From the sequence record PV764938.1: a stretch of DNA of 64,000 nucleotides, one strand, 5' to 3'. Each line of letters opens with the position of its first letter. The first letter of the stretch is position 1. The notes under the pieces were generated by a model that was given only the letters and a program-made list of their open reading frames with translations, was not told the origin of the DNA and searched no databases. Of this stretch, positions 38,943-47,356 are shown in pieces. The translations under genes and the position numbers were made by a program.

Positions 38943-39185
38943 TCAACCAAAAGCCAGCTTAAACAGCATGGCATCCTGCCGCTTTTCGAAACAAACGTAG
39001 GTGTTGAAATTCTTGCTGTGGTAGCAACCCTTGGCGTTTTCATGGCACCAGATCAGGGCATCTTCCTCATACCGCATAAGTTCGTCCCAGGTCTTCCAAT
39101 AGTCTTGGGAAGCCATACGGATGACATGCCAACGCAGGTAGTACCCTTTGTCCAAATACTCTTCATATAGAACGTGACGGTCCAT
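38943..39185 (-). CDS. F-x4-DA-x-LFKL family protein (tandem paralogue)
   Basis: YLRW...VCFEKRQDAMLFKLAFG. Confidence 0.75.
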   Translation of the reverse strand: MDRHVLYEEYLDKGYYLRWHVIRMASQDYWKTWDELMRYEEDALIWCHENAKGCYHSKNFNTYVCFEKRQDAMLFKLAFG

Positions 39186-39499
39186 TAGGTGAAAGCCAGT
39201 TTGAACAACATTGCGTCTTGACGTTCTTCAAAGCACACGAACGCCCAATGTTTGGTAGAGAATCGGCCCTTGCAGTTCTCGCATAGCCACTCAATCATCT
39301 CGTCCTCGAACTCATAGTATTCGAGACCGTCGGCCCATATTGGCTTGGCATCGACTCGAATGGGAAGCCAACGCAGGTACAATCCCTCCGTGTAGTATCG
39401 ATAATAATCGACAAACTTGGGATCGCCGACTGTCATCATTGCGGCCTTCTCCTCCTGCTGTATCTTATATTCGAGTAGAATAGTCATTAGATGACTCAT
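39185..39499 (-). CDS. F-x4-DA-x-LFKL family protein (tandem paralogue)
   Basis: YLRW...VCFEERQDAMLFKLAFT. Confidence 0.75.
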   Translation of the reverse strand: MSHLMTILLEYKIQQEEKAAMMTVGDPKFVDYYRYYTEGLYLRWLPIRVDAKPIWADGLEYYEFEDEMIEWLCENCKGRFSTKHWAFVCFEERQDAMLFKLAFT

Positions 39500-39527
39500 A
39501 TATTGGGCTCACTATCAGAACAAGAGC

Positions 39528-39551
39528 AAAAAACCGGCCGAAGCCGGTTTT
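39528..39551 (-). terminator. tmRNA terminator
   Basis: AAAACCGGC-TTCG-GCCGGTTTTTT on minus strand (UUCG loop). Confidence 0.85.
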
Positions 39552-39723
39552 AAGTGGGCCCGTTCTGTTTCGAGGTGGAACCCATACCCAAAAGGTTACG
39601 CTGCGAGAGCGACCTTAGTGGAAACGTTGTCGTTTGCACTTAGAATTGTAGCCCGATAACGGTGGTACAATACCGGAAACCTACTCGCACCGTTCATCAC
39701 CTGGTCGATCCTATTTCAGCCCC
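39552..39723 (-). ncRNA. ssrA: two-piece (permuted) tmRNA, coding piece; tag (A)ANDNVSTKVALAA
   Basis: Starts GGGGCTGAAATAGGATCGAC; contains rhizobial-like TTGTACCACCGTTATCGGGCTA; tag ORF 39637-39596 gca aac gac aac...gca gcg taa. Confidence 0.93.
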
Positions 39724-39957
39724 ATCATAACAACATGACCCATATTGGTCGTTGGCCTCGTTGCCGTGCTACGCGCACTTAGATCCGACACATGTCGTCC
39801 GCTAACCACCAGCCCAATCCGTTCTTTATCCCGCCCTTGTCGCGAACTCAGTTGGGGAACTTGCATCTGGTAGTACGAGTGCTTGAATGCTTCCCTCTAG
39901 AATTTGATATCGAATCCTAGGCTTAACACGTTCAGCGCATGTTGTTATGATGGGGCT
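39718..39957. repeat. perfect 20-bp inverted repeat (39718-39737 / 39938-39957) enclosing 200 nt
   Basis: AGCCCCATCATAACAACATG versus CATGTTGTTATGATGGGGCT. Confidence 0.95.
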
Positions 39958-39968
39958 TCCGTTTAGGC

Positions 39969-40144
39969 CAGCACCACCAAAAACATAAGCCGCCGTCACA
40001 TGAACGACTACGCTGCAAACGAGGGTTCTTTTGTTCCTCTTGCCGTTTGCAGCGGTTTGAGGATTTGTTGTAACCCTGGGCCTATTAAGTTATGCGCACC
40101 ACTTTCCGTGCAGAAGGCCTCGTCTTATGTTTTTGGTGGAGCTG
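39969..40144. repeat. 20/21-bp inverted repeat (39969-39989 / 40124-40144) enclosing 134 nt
   Basis: CAGCACCACCAAAAACATAAG versus CTTATGTTTTTGGTGGAGCTG. Confidence 0.95.
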
Positions 40145-40200
40145 TGGGGTACCGCCCCCCAGTCCCATAGCGACTATTGAGATTGTATCAACAGCTTCAC
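40134..40200 (-). ncRNA. ssrA: two-piece tmRNA, acceptor piece (T-arm and CCA)
   Basis: GGGACTGGGGGCGGTACCCCACAGCTCCACCA resembles alphaproteobacterial acceptor piece; G3-U70 pair with coding piece; 5' end approximate. Confidence 0.9.
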
Positions 40201-40203
40201 CGC

Positions 40204-40233
40204 TATTTACACACAGGGCGGTACCCAAGTCAA
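40204..40233 (-). promoter_or_regulatory. tmRNA promoter (TTGACT-18-TAAATA)
   Basis: Late-type TAAATA at 40204-40209 and a -35-like hexamer. Confidence 0.6.
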
Positions 40234-40238
40234 CCTAA

Positions 40239-40700
40239 TTAATCCGACCCACCACAAGAACTTGAATCCGAGCTAGAAGAGCTACTGGAATCGTACGAGC
40301 TAGACGAACTGGAGCAGGAATCATCCGAAGAACTGCTATAGGATGAGGTATAGCTTGTGTAGGCGAACGGCGAAGTATCATAGTAGGAAGTGTCATCGCG
40401 ACGAGTAGAAGAACTCGTGGACGATGAACCCGAAGAGCTCGACGAACTTGTAGAACGTCTCGACGGAACACTATGATACGGGCTGTAGCTGGAGGAAATT
40501 GGGCGAGAGAAGCTCGGAGGAGTGGAGCCAACAAGATCGCCAGCAATTGTCTTTTGCTTCTTAGTCTTGAAGAACAGACCCAAGAAGATAAGGGTAGCAC
40601 CGATCGGGAATAGGATCCCGAAACCGGAGATAGAAAGTAGCACCGCGGCGACTGAAATTGCGCAGAGTGCGAAACCAATTACATGAAGGATTGAACGCAT
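40239..40700 (-). CDS. membrane protein with Ser-rich C-terminal tail
   Basis: Two hydrophobic N-terminal segments, long poly-Ser; GGAG RBS. Confidence 0.75.
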   Translation of the reverse strand: MRSILHVIGFALCAISVAAVLLSISGFGILFPIGATLIFLGLFFKTKKQKTIAGDLVGSTPPSFSRPISSSYSPYHSVPSRRSTSSSSSSGSSSTSSSTRRDDTSYYDTSPFAYTSYTSSYSSSSDDSCSSSSSSYDSSSSSSSDSSSCGGSD

Positions 40701-40761
40701 AATAGCTCCCAGTTGTTATTTCCAGGAGCGTTGCATAGAGTTTAATTAAAAATCAATATTA

Positions 40762-41046
40762 TTAGGGGCCGATGAAAACATCAGAGGAACCCGTTAGTAC
40801 GGAAGAACCGCAGCTTACGGGATCACCGATACGACCCGCTTGCTTATCGTTGATCCATACGGTTCCGCTACCCGAAGCAAGGTTGCCACTGTGAGAAGTG
40901 AAGCAGCTATGGGAAGCCCAAGCATCACCCTGACGGTGTGCGCCCAAATCATTTGTGAATACATCCGAAGAAGCTTCCACATTGGGACGACTGCTATAGC
41001 AGCCATGACCCGTGCATTTATCATTGAGACGAGCTGCGCCTGGCAT
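40762..41046 (-). CDS. PAAR spike-tip protein (T4 gp5.4-like)
   Basis: MPGAARLND.CTGHG; AHRQGD; AGRIGDPVSCG. Confidence 0.9.
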   Translation of the reverse strand: MPGAARLNDKCTGHGCYSSRPNVEASSDVFTNDLGAHRQGDAWASHSCFTSHSGNLASGSGTVWINDKQAGRIGDPVSCGSSVLTGSSDVFIGP

Positions 41047-41047
41047 C

Positions 41048-41779
41048 TTATGCTCCCAAAACGTTTGCGGCTGCGGATGTGAGCATTCCACCGAGGATCT
41101 GTTTCAAGCAGGGATCCTTCATCTGGAACTTCATCATTTGAGCCAAGTTCATCTTGCTCATGTTGAGCATCGACTTTGCCATCTTTTCGATTTCTTCAAG
41201 CATCTGTGTCATAGCTTTGGCGATTGCTGCCATTAGCTTTGCAACGAGTTCCTTGAGAAGATCCAAAGCGGCTTGTAGGTTCTCTTTAATGTTGGCGATG
41301 GCCGCTATAATCTCGTTCATGATATCACGACCAGCATCGAGAACCGAGCCCATGATATCACCGAAGCCCAGGCAGGGATTGCTGCCATAGGCTCCGACGT
41401 TGTTTCCGATTTCGCTCTGTACGATACTGGAAATAGTCGGAAAGTTCGCGATCAAACGATCGGTGTGTTCCTTATACTCGTCCAGTGCATCTTTAGCATC
41501 TTCAAGGTGATCCGGAATGGTCGTTGGGATATCCGGATTATTTTTCACGTCTTCGATGATTTCATCAAGATCGTTATTGGCTTGGTCTACTTCACAGGCA
41601 CGAGGGTTGGTCAGAACACCAGCAAACGGATTGGCTGTTGGCATACTGGTAACCATTTCCCTATATGTGGCCATGAGCTCTTCAGTTGGCTCTGCCGTGT
41701 TCATAATCCCAAAAAGCTCAGTCACATCTGGAGCTCTTGATGGATTATAGGTTTCACTCTGAAGTGCTGATGTCGCCAT
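41048..41779 (-). CDS. baseplate-region helical hypothetical protein
   Basis: Adjacent to PAAR; start approximate. Confidence 0.6.
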   Translation of the reverse strand: MATSALQSETYNPSRAPDVTELFGIMNTAEPTEELMATYREMVTSMPTANPFAGVLTNPRACEVDQANNDLDEIIEDVKNNPDIPTTIPDHLEDAKDALDEYKEHTDRLIANFPTISSIVQSEIGNNVGAYGSNPCLGFGDIMGSVLDAGRDIMNEIIAAIANIKENLQAALDLLKELVAKLMAAIAKAMTQMLEEIEKMAKSMLNMSKMNLAQMMKFQMKDPCLKQILGGMLTSAAANVLGA

Positions 41780-41987
41780 TTCTATCCTTGAGGGCAAGAA
41801 CTCCGTCTGCGGTCAGGCTGAGATTGCCAGTTACATGAAGGGCAAAATCGCCCTCCAGAATTACTTTGTTATTCACTAGGTCCAAAGTCATGCCGTTATC
41901 CAAACGGATAACCGGATGGACTGTGTCAGCAACCAATGCACGATGCGCCCAGATCAAACGCTGAGAAAGTTGCTGAAACCAGTTCAT
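41754..41987 (-). CDS. small beta-strand-repeat protein (spike-associated?)
   Basis: KVILEGDFALHVTGNLSLTADG. Confidence 0.5.
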   Translation of the reverse strand: MNWFQQLSQRLIWAHRALVADTVHPVIRLDNGMTLDLVNNKVILEGDFALHVTGNLSLTADGVLALKDRNGDISTSE

Positions 41988-42355
41988 CGTCCACGTCCGC
42001 CTCTGCGGCCCATCGAGCTCTGCACTTGAGTGATCTTTGGCGTCGCTACGGTTTCTTCACCAACAGCCTGCGAGTACTGCGATGCAGCATCCACACGCGC
42101 TGTAGCCAAAGCAATGATCTTGCTGGGCTCGATTGCAATCTCAGTGTCTTCATCAACGCCAAGCATCCAAGGCGCAAATGCGACCATGCCCTGATTGCCA
42201 TCATCCGAAGGCATCATCACCATTGCCAATGGGTTCTTAACCTTGACAGCGCCGGTCGGATAATTGTCCTCGGGAATACGAGCGATGATTTCTTCACCAG
42301 TAACCAGCTTCAAAATGCCGACCTTACCAGTCAAGCTCTTCTTTTCAACCAACAT
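41984..42355 (-). CDS. Sm-like fold conserved phage protein
   Basis: LKLVTGEEIIARI...VKNPL...FAPWM pattern; TAAATA upstream. Confidence 0.6.
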   Translation of the reverse strand: MLVEKKSLTGKVGILKLVTGEEIIARIPEDNYPTGAVKVKNPLAMVMMPSDDGNQGMVAFAPWMLGVDEDTEIAIEPSKIIALATARVDAASQYSQAVGEETVATPKITQVQSSMGRRGGRGR

Positions 42356-42385
42356 GAGTTATTCCTTTTTCCATATTTATGAGTC

Positions 42386-42889
42386 TTATAAACCGCGTAG
42401 TTTACGCCGAGCATCAAGAAGCCCAACATATCCGAGATCAGTGAACCGTCCGAGGAAAGTCGAAGCTTCAATCATTTCCTTCATTCTAGCATGGCTTATG
42501 GTTAGAACTGTATATTCTATTTTGACCTGAGCTCTAAGTGGATCCGCAAGGAAAGCATTTCCGGGTTCAATCTCGTAGTCGAAGCCTTTGGGAGGAACGA
42601 TAAGTTCGTTGGGTTTGGTCCACTCGTATACGGAGTATTCCTGTAGAGCGGCACGCGCCTGTGTGGCTTCGGCTTCTGCAATGACTTCATCGACGACTTG
42701 CCATTGTGTTTTACCGCCACGAGTTTTGATTTCGGCGAGTGCTTCACGAACCCAAAGTGGTTGCCCACAGTTCTCGATTTCTTCGTCGCTGAGATTGCCC
42801 GCGATGACCTTCTGATAAAGTTCCTCTTGTGCGGGTTTGCGTTTGATACGCAGGAAGTAATCGGACTTCCCGTAGAGTGATGATCGCAT
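42386..42889 (-). CDS. hypothetical protein
   Basis: GGAGG RBS. Confidence 0.7.
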   Translation of the reverse strand: MRSSLYGKSDYFLRIKRKPAQEELYQKVIAGNLSDEEIENCGQPLWVREALAEIKTRGGKTQWQVVDEVIAEAEATQARAALQEYSVYEWTKPNELIVPPKGFDYEIEPGNAFLADPLRAQVKIEYTVLTISHARMKEMIEASTFLGRFTDLGYVGLLDARRKLRGL

Positions 42890-42976
42890 GTTGCCTCCAT
42901 TCCGATAATTTATCGGTTCACCAACATGAATTTTGATTCTGATAAGTACCCTGTGTAATACTCAAGCTAGGAGAAA

Positions 42977-43279
42977 ATGATGAAATACGATACCGAACAT
43001 TTTGAACGCAAGCTATCTGTGCTGAACATGGCGATGGATCTCTATGGTGCGACACTTCCTTCGGGGTTTGACTCCGAGAAGAATCACGCGGATGGTGTTA
43101 TCGCGGCTGCTCGAAAAATTGAGGAATTCATCTTTTCGGATTTCCAATTGGCAGATAAACCTGCTGTTGTCTCTGAGGCTGCGAAACGTCAAGCGTTTTT
43201 GGATTCGATTTCCTCAAACACTTGCGGTCGCGGAATTGAAGGTTGCGATGGTTCAGAAGGAACATGCACATGTCAGTAA
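42977..43279 (+). CDS. hypothetical protein with Cys-rich tail
   Basis: AGGAG RBS. Confidence 0.7.
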   Translation: MMKYDTEHFERKLSVLNMAMDLYGATLPSGFDSEKNHADGVIAAARKIEEFIFSDFQLADKPAVVSEAAKRQAFLDSISSNTCGRGIEGCDGSEGTCTCQ

Positions 43280-43512
43280 CAGACGAACAAACAATCGAAG
43301 AAGCTCTCGTGGATTTCGATCCGCAAGTCGTGGCCGTGCTTGTTGAGCAAAGCCAGGGCAAGTATCACAAGATCCTGCTCTCACAAGATGACGCTGGCAC
43401 GGCGTTCTTCCGTGAGACAACAAACTTTGTCGATGATGAATCCGATGAGCCGGTAATCTTCGGACCATTCGCTGATGCAGCTTCGGCACTTTGGGGTATT
43501 AGCTTGCTCTAA
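43270..43512 (+). CDS. hypothetical protein
   Basis: Start re-assigned to ATG 43270. Confidence 0.6.
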   Translation: MSVTDEQTIEEALVDFDPQVVAVLVEQSQGKYHKILLSQDDAGTAFFRETTNFVDDESDEPVIFGPFADAASALWGISLL

Positions 43513-43934
43513 TGGATGACTCCTACAAAAGCGTGTTCTTCAGAATTCGTGATCGTGGTGGAGTTATTCACCACGAATGGACCGGCCAAGATCACAGCGA
43601 GTCACGCCCCTATATGAGGGTGTATAAGCTTAACGGATACAACCTGAATTTGTCATTACCCGGAAGCTGTGACCATATGGTCGCATTCGAAGTTCCTGAT
43701 TATGACGCTTTCGTGATGCGACGATATTCATATGTGGAGTTCGTCAAATACACCACAATGTTCGCGGATACCGCATGGCCCGTCTGGGGTTGTTTTCCGA
43801 CTTGTGATGACCGTTGTCACGATATTCACCTGGGCTTTGTGTTTAGGAGCCAAACCGATGCTGCGGTATTCAAATTGGCGTGTGAATTTCCTACTCATGT
43901 CATCGACTTTCCCACGGAATTCATCAACGAATAA
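43512..43934 (+). CDS. F-x4-DA-x-LFKL family protein
   Basis: FVFRSQTDAAVFKLAC. Confidence 0.65.
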   Translation: MDDSYKSVFFRIRDRGGVIHHEWTGQDHSESRPYMRVYKLNGYNLNLSLPGSCDHMVAFEVPDYDAFVMRRYSYVEFVKYTTMFADTAWPVWGCFPTCDDRCHDIHLGFVFRSQTDAAVFKLACEFPTHVIDFPTEFINE

Positions 43935-44021
43935 ATATTGACATATTGGGTTATCAGCCAATATGTGAGCTAAAACGCCAAAGCAGTTTGGCGTTTTTCT
44001 GCATTCTAAAAGGGCAAAATC

Positions 44022-44189
44022 ATGCGTGGTATCTTCTCCAAACTCAAATCTGTTTTCTCTCTCCAGAGCGATCGCGACCGTTATTTGATGGGCTCCGCCG
44101 ACCTCGCAGAGCTGGAATATCGTCGTCGCCAGTGGGACCGTTGGGAAATGGATCGCGCTCGCAATTTCGGCGACAAGCGTTTCTATTAA
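44022..44189 (+). CDS. 55-aa DUF3563-like protein
   Basis: Hand translation MRGIFSKLKS...DRYLMGSADLAELEYRRRQW; resembles R-x-YL-x-x-S-x-D-x-x-DLE-x-R pattern. Confidence 0.6.
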   Translation: MRGIFSKLKSVFSLQSDRDRYLMGSADLAELEYRRRQWDRWEMDRARNFGDKRFY

Positions 44190-44446
44190 TTGGAAATTAT
44201 TCAGAGTTTTCATACTGTTGCATGAATGCTGGTGTTAGCTGAAATAGTTAACCTACCTAAGTTTTCAATTGCATAAGTTGCACTTTGACTGCAAAGTAGT
44301 TGCGGGTGGGGCAGGGTACACCCGCGCATCGTGCATTCCATGCACGAACATAGAAGCCCGAAAAGGGTTCTCCTTCAGTCGTTAGAGGTGGTAAAGCGTT
44401 GTTAACGTTGAAATCTTTCCATAGTGCGGCATTTATCCAAGAGAAA

Positions 44447-44923
44447 ATGCGTGATAGTGATGTCTTCGCAACTGTCATCGAGGGCAAATACCAAGGTACC
44501 GTCGGCAAAATCCAGCGGGTTGTACGTAAGCATTATGATCGTCATGAGTACTTCTTGGCTGTAGGGGCCAAGTCGATAAAGTTCTGCGGCAGCATCCTCA
44601 AGGAAAGCTCGTCGCATGAAGTTACTCTCCAGCTGAACCAAAACTATCAGCGTGAGTTTAGGGACTTCAACGAACGCACAATTGGTCTTAATAATGTGCT
44701 AATCATTTCCGCGCCGAGCAAAAAGAATAGCTCGAACGAGGTGATCATCGGCACAGTTCGTAAGATCGATGATACCGGCGTATTTGTCGCACCCTTCGCG
44801 GTCAACGGCAAGTACACGAATGAGTCCACAAAATATGTCCGCGTGATCAAAACTGCCAGCGCGATCATTTTGGACAACTCAACACAAAACGCCTGCATGT
44901 TGCAGCGCCTCTCCGCAGCCTAA
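44447..44923 (+). CDS. KOW/SH3-like hypothetical protein
   Basis: VIEGKYQGTVGKI. Confidence 0.6.
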   Translation: MRDSDVFATVIEGKYQGTVGKIQRVVRKHYDRHEYFLAVGAKSIKFCGSILKESSSHEVTLQLNQNYQREFRDFNERTIGLNNVLIISAPSKKNSSNEVIIGTVRKIDDTGVFVAPFAVNGKYTNESTKYVRVIKTASAIILDNSTQNACMLQRLSAA

Positions 44924-45000
44924 ATCATATTTTTGGTTGACACTTCACTCAATCCTTACTACTTGGACGGCATACGACGTTAGGTAAGGATTGAGTTTTC

Positions 45001-45621
45001 ATGTGGGAGTTTTTCACGAGTGACGCCAACCTCCCCTTCTTGGGTGGTTTGCTTATTCTTCTCGGCATCGGCGTTCTCGAAATCCTCAGCTTGCTCGTTG
45101 GACTTTCCTTTTTGGGTTCCAACGATTTCGATGCTGATTCGAATTTCGACATCGACGGTTTCTTCGGCGATGCCCTACACTGGGTTGGTTTCGGGCGCGT
45201 TCCGCTGCTCGTATTCATCGCACTGTTCTCGGGCATTTTTGCAATCGCCGGCTTTACGCTGAATCACATTGCATTGCATTCGGCGGGTGTTGCTTTGGTT
45301 CACATGCTGAGCGTTCCGCTTGCAATTGTGATCACATTGCCGATCCTCTCCCGCGCAAGCCGACTTGTGGCAAAGCTGTTGCCGAAAGATGAAACCAACG
45401 TTATCGCGTTGTCGGCACTCGTCAATCGACATGGCGTGGTCATCAGCGGAAACGCCACCGACATTCAAGTCGCATTTGCCCGCGTGTATGATGCGCATAG
45501 TGTCCAACATGTCGTGCGTGTTCGCAGCGCAAACGGCGACACTATTCCGGAAAATTCTCACATTGTTCTGGTCGCATATGAAGCTGACCAGGGCTTCTTC
45601 TACGCAAACAAAACCAACTAA
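45001..45621 (+). CDS. yqiJ: YqiJ/NfeD-like membrane protein with C-terminal OB fold
   Basis: NLPF..., GRVPLL, TM helices, LVNRHGVV..G, directly upstream of flotillin. Confidence 0.85.
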   Translation: MWEFFTSDANLPFLGGLLILLGIGVLEILSLLVGLSFLGSNDFDADSNFDIDGFFGDALHWVGFGRVPLLVFIALFSGIFAIAGFTLNHIALHSAGVALVHMLSVPLAIVITLPILSRASRLVAKLLPKDETNVIALSALVNRHGVVISGNATDIQVAFARVYDAHSVQHVVRVRSANGDTIPENSHIVLVAYEADQGFFYANKTN

Positions 45622-45633
45622 GGAGAAAAGACG

Positions 45634-47334
45634 TTGGATAATATGATTTTCATCGGTACCATGGTCGGCATCGGCCTGGTCGTACTGGTTGTGGTGGGTT
45701 TCATCCTCGCCCGCCTCTTCAAGCGTGCTTCAAAGGAAACGGCATTCGTTCGTACGGGTTTCGGCGGCCAGAAGGTCGTTAAGGACGGCGGCGCGGTCAT
45801 TTTCCCGATCCTGCACGACACCATCGACGTCAACATGAAGACGCTCAAGCTGGACGTTTCCCGTCACGGCACTGACGCACTCCTTACTGGTGACCAGATT
45901 CGCGTAGACGTTGAAGCATCCTTCTACACCCGCGTGAAGCCGGACGAGTCCGCTATTGCTATTGCTGCCCAGACGCTCGGCGACAAGACGCAGAATCCGC
46001 AGGCGCTGAAGGAAATCATCGAAAACAAGTTCGTCGACGTTCTCCGCTCGGTTGCGGCGCAGATGACCATGAACGACCTGATCTCCAAGCGTGCTGACTT
46101 CTCGGCGAAGGTTCGTGAAGCTATCGCACACAACATCGAGGCCAACGGTCTTGAACTCGAAGACGTCGCCGTTACCCGTCTCGACCAGACGCCGGTCAAG
46201 TTCCTTGACCCGAACAACGTCTACGACGCCGCCGGTCTCGCAGCGATCACCAAGGTGACCAAGGAGAAGGAACGCGAGCGTAACGACTTCGAACAGGGTA
46301 CCCGCGTTGCCATCGAGCAGCGTAACCTGGAAGCAACTCAGCAGTCGCTGGCAATCAAGCAGCAGAACGAATTCGCAACCCTGGACCAGGAACGCGAAAT
46401 CGAAACTCGCCGCGCCGAGCAGGAATCCCAGCTCGCTAAGCAGCGTGCCGACCGCAAGCGTGAAGCCGACGTTGCCCAGATTTCGGCCGACCAGGCAACT
46501 GCACTGGCTCGTACTGAATCGAACCAGAAGCAGAAGGAAGCTGAAATCACGGCAACCCAGCAGCTTCGCATTGCCGAGCAGGTCGCACAGATCGCCGTCA
46601 ACGAGAAGTCGGAAGCTGAATCCCAGGCACGCGCCAAGGCTGACACTGCTCGTGCAGAAGCTGTTTCGGCTGCTGAAAGCGTGAAGACGGCGGAAGCTGT
46701 TGCGGCAGCTGAACGTAACAAGCAGGTTGCGATCATCGCTGCTGAACAGGAAGCCGGCAAGGAAGCAACCAAGATCACGGTTCAGGCCAAGGCCGAAGCA
46801 GAAGCTGCCGACCTCCAGGTTCAGGCACGTCTGAAGAACGCTGAAGCTCTCGAGCGCGAACTCACTGTTAAGGCCGAAGGTGAGCGCAAGCTTGCTGAAG
46901 CTGCAAACAGCCTGAGCCCTGAGCAGGTACAGCTTCGCATCCGTCTCGCTGCAATCGAAGCTGCACCGCAGCTGGTTGCTGAAATGGCCAAGCCGATGGC
47001 TGCGGTCAAGAATGCACGTGTCGTTGCAGTCACCGGTCTCGGTGCAAACGGCGGTGCAATCGCCGGCGCAAATGGTTCTTCCGGCAACGTTCCGCAGGAC
47101 CTGACCAACGCACTGCTCAACTTCAAGTTGCAGTCGCCGGTTGTCGAACAGATCGGCGCCCTCGCTGGCTTCGATCTCAAGAACGGTCTCGCTGGTATCG
47201 GCGAATCGACGTTCAACTTCGACGACAGCGACCAGCCGGAAGCTGAAACTGTTGAAGCAGTCGAAGCACCGGTCGATACTGCGGCTCTCCAGAAGCTCGC
47301 TGGCATTACGCCGGAACGCCGTGTACGCAAGTAA
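45634..47334 (+). CDS. yqiK: flotillin/SPFH protein (YqiK-like)
   Basis: TM, AFVRTGFGG.KVV..GGA, GLELEDVAVT, long AE-rich coiled coil; TTG start with GGAG. Confidence 0.92.
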   Translation: MDNMIFIGTMVGIGLVVLVVVGFILARLFKRASKETAFVRTGFGGQKVVKDGGAVIFPILHDTIDVNMKTLKLDVSRHGTDALLTGDQIRVDVEASFYTRVKPDESAIAIAAQTLGDKTQNPQALKEIIENKFVDVLRSVAAQMTMNDLISKRADFSAKVREAIAHNIEANGLELEDVAVTRLDQTPVKFLDPNNVYDAAGLAAITKVTKEKERERNDFEQGTRVAIEQRNLEATQQSLAIKQQNEFATLDQEREIETRRAEQESQLAKQRADRKREADVAQISADQATALARTESNQKQKEAEITATQQLRIAEQVAQIAVNEKSEAESQARAKADTARAEAVSAAESVKTAEAVAAAERNKQVAIIAAEQEAGKEATKITVQAKAEAEAADLQVQARLKNAEALERELTVKAEGERKLAEAANSLSPEQVQLRIRLAAIEAAPQLVAEMAKPMAAVKNARVVAVTGLGANGGAIAGANGSSGNVPQDLTNALLNFKLQSPVVEQIGALAGFDLKNGLAGIGESTFNFDDSDQPEAETVEAVEAPVDTAALQKLAGITPERRVRK

Positions 47335-47356
47335 TCGGCTTTAACTAAACTGTTGG

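Noticed and set aside
39738-39937. Group I/II intron, RNase P or 6S RNA
   Set aside because: No group I P7 core, group II domain V, RNase P P4 consensus or 6S single long hairpin recognisable by eye
39990-40123. HDV-like (theta) ribozyme in the tmRNA trailer
   Set aside because: P1-, P2- and P4-like pairings can be drawn but no P3/L3 helix precedes the P1 3' strand, so the nested double pseudoknot is not supported
40000-40180. About 59-codon + strand ORF across the tmRNA intervening segment (starts MNDYAANEGS)
   Set aside because: No RBS, Cys-rich unnatural composition, overlaps the tmRNA acceptor piece antisense
40239-40500. Ser-codon tandem repeat as a DNA repeat element
   Set aside because: Mixed Ser codons; low-complexity protein tail rather than a nucleotide repeat array
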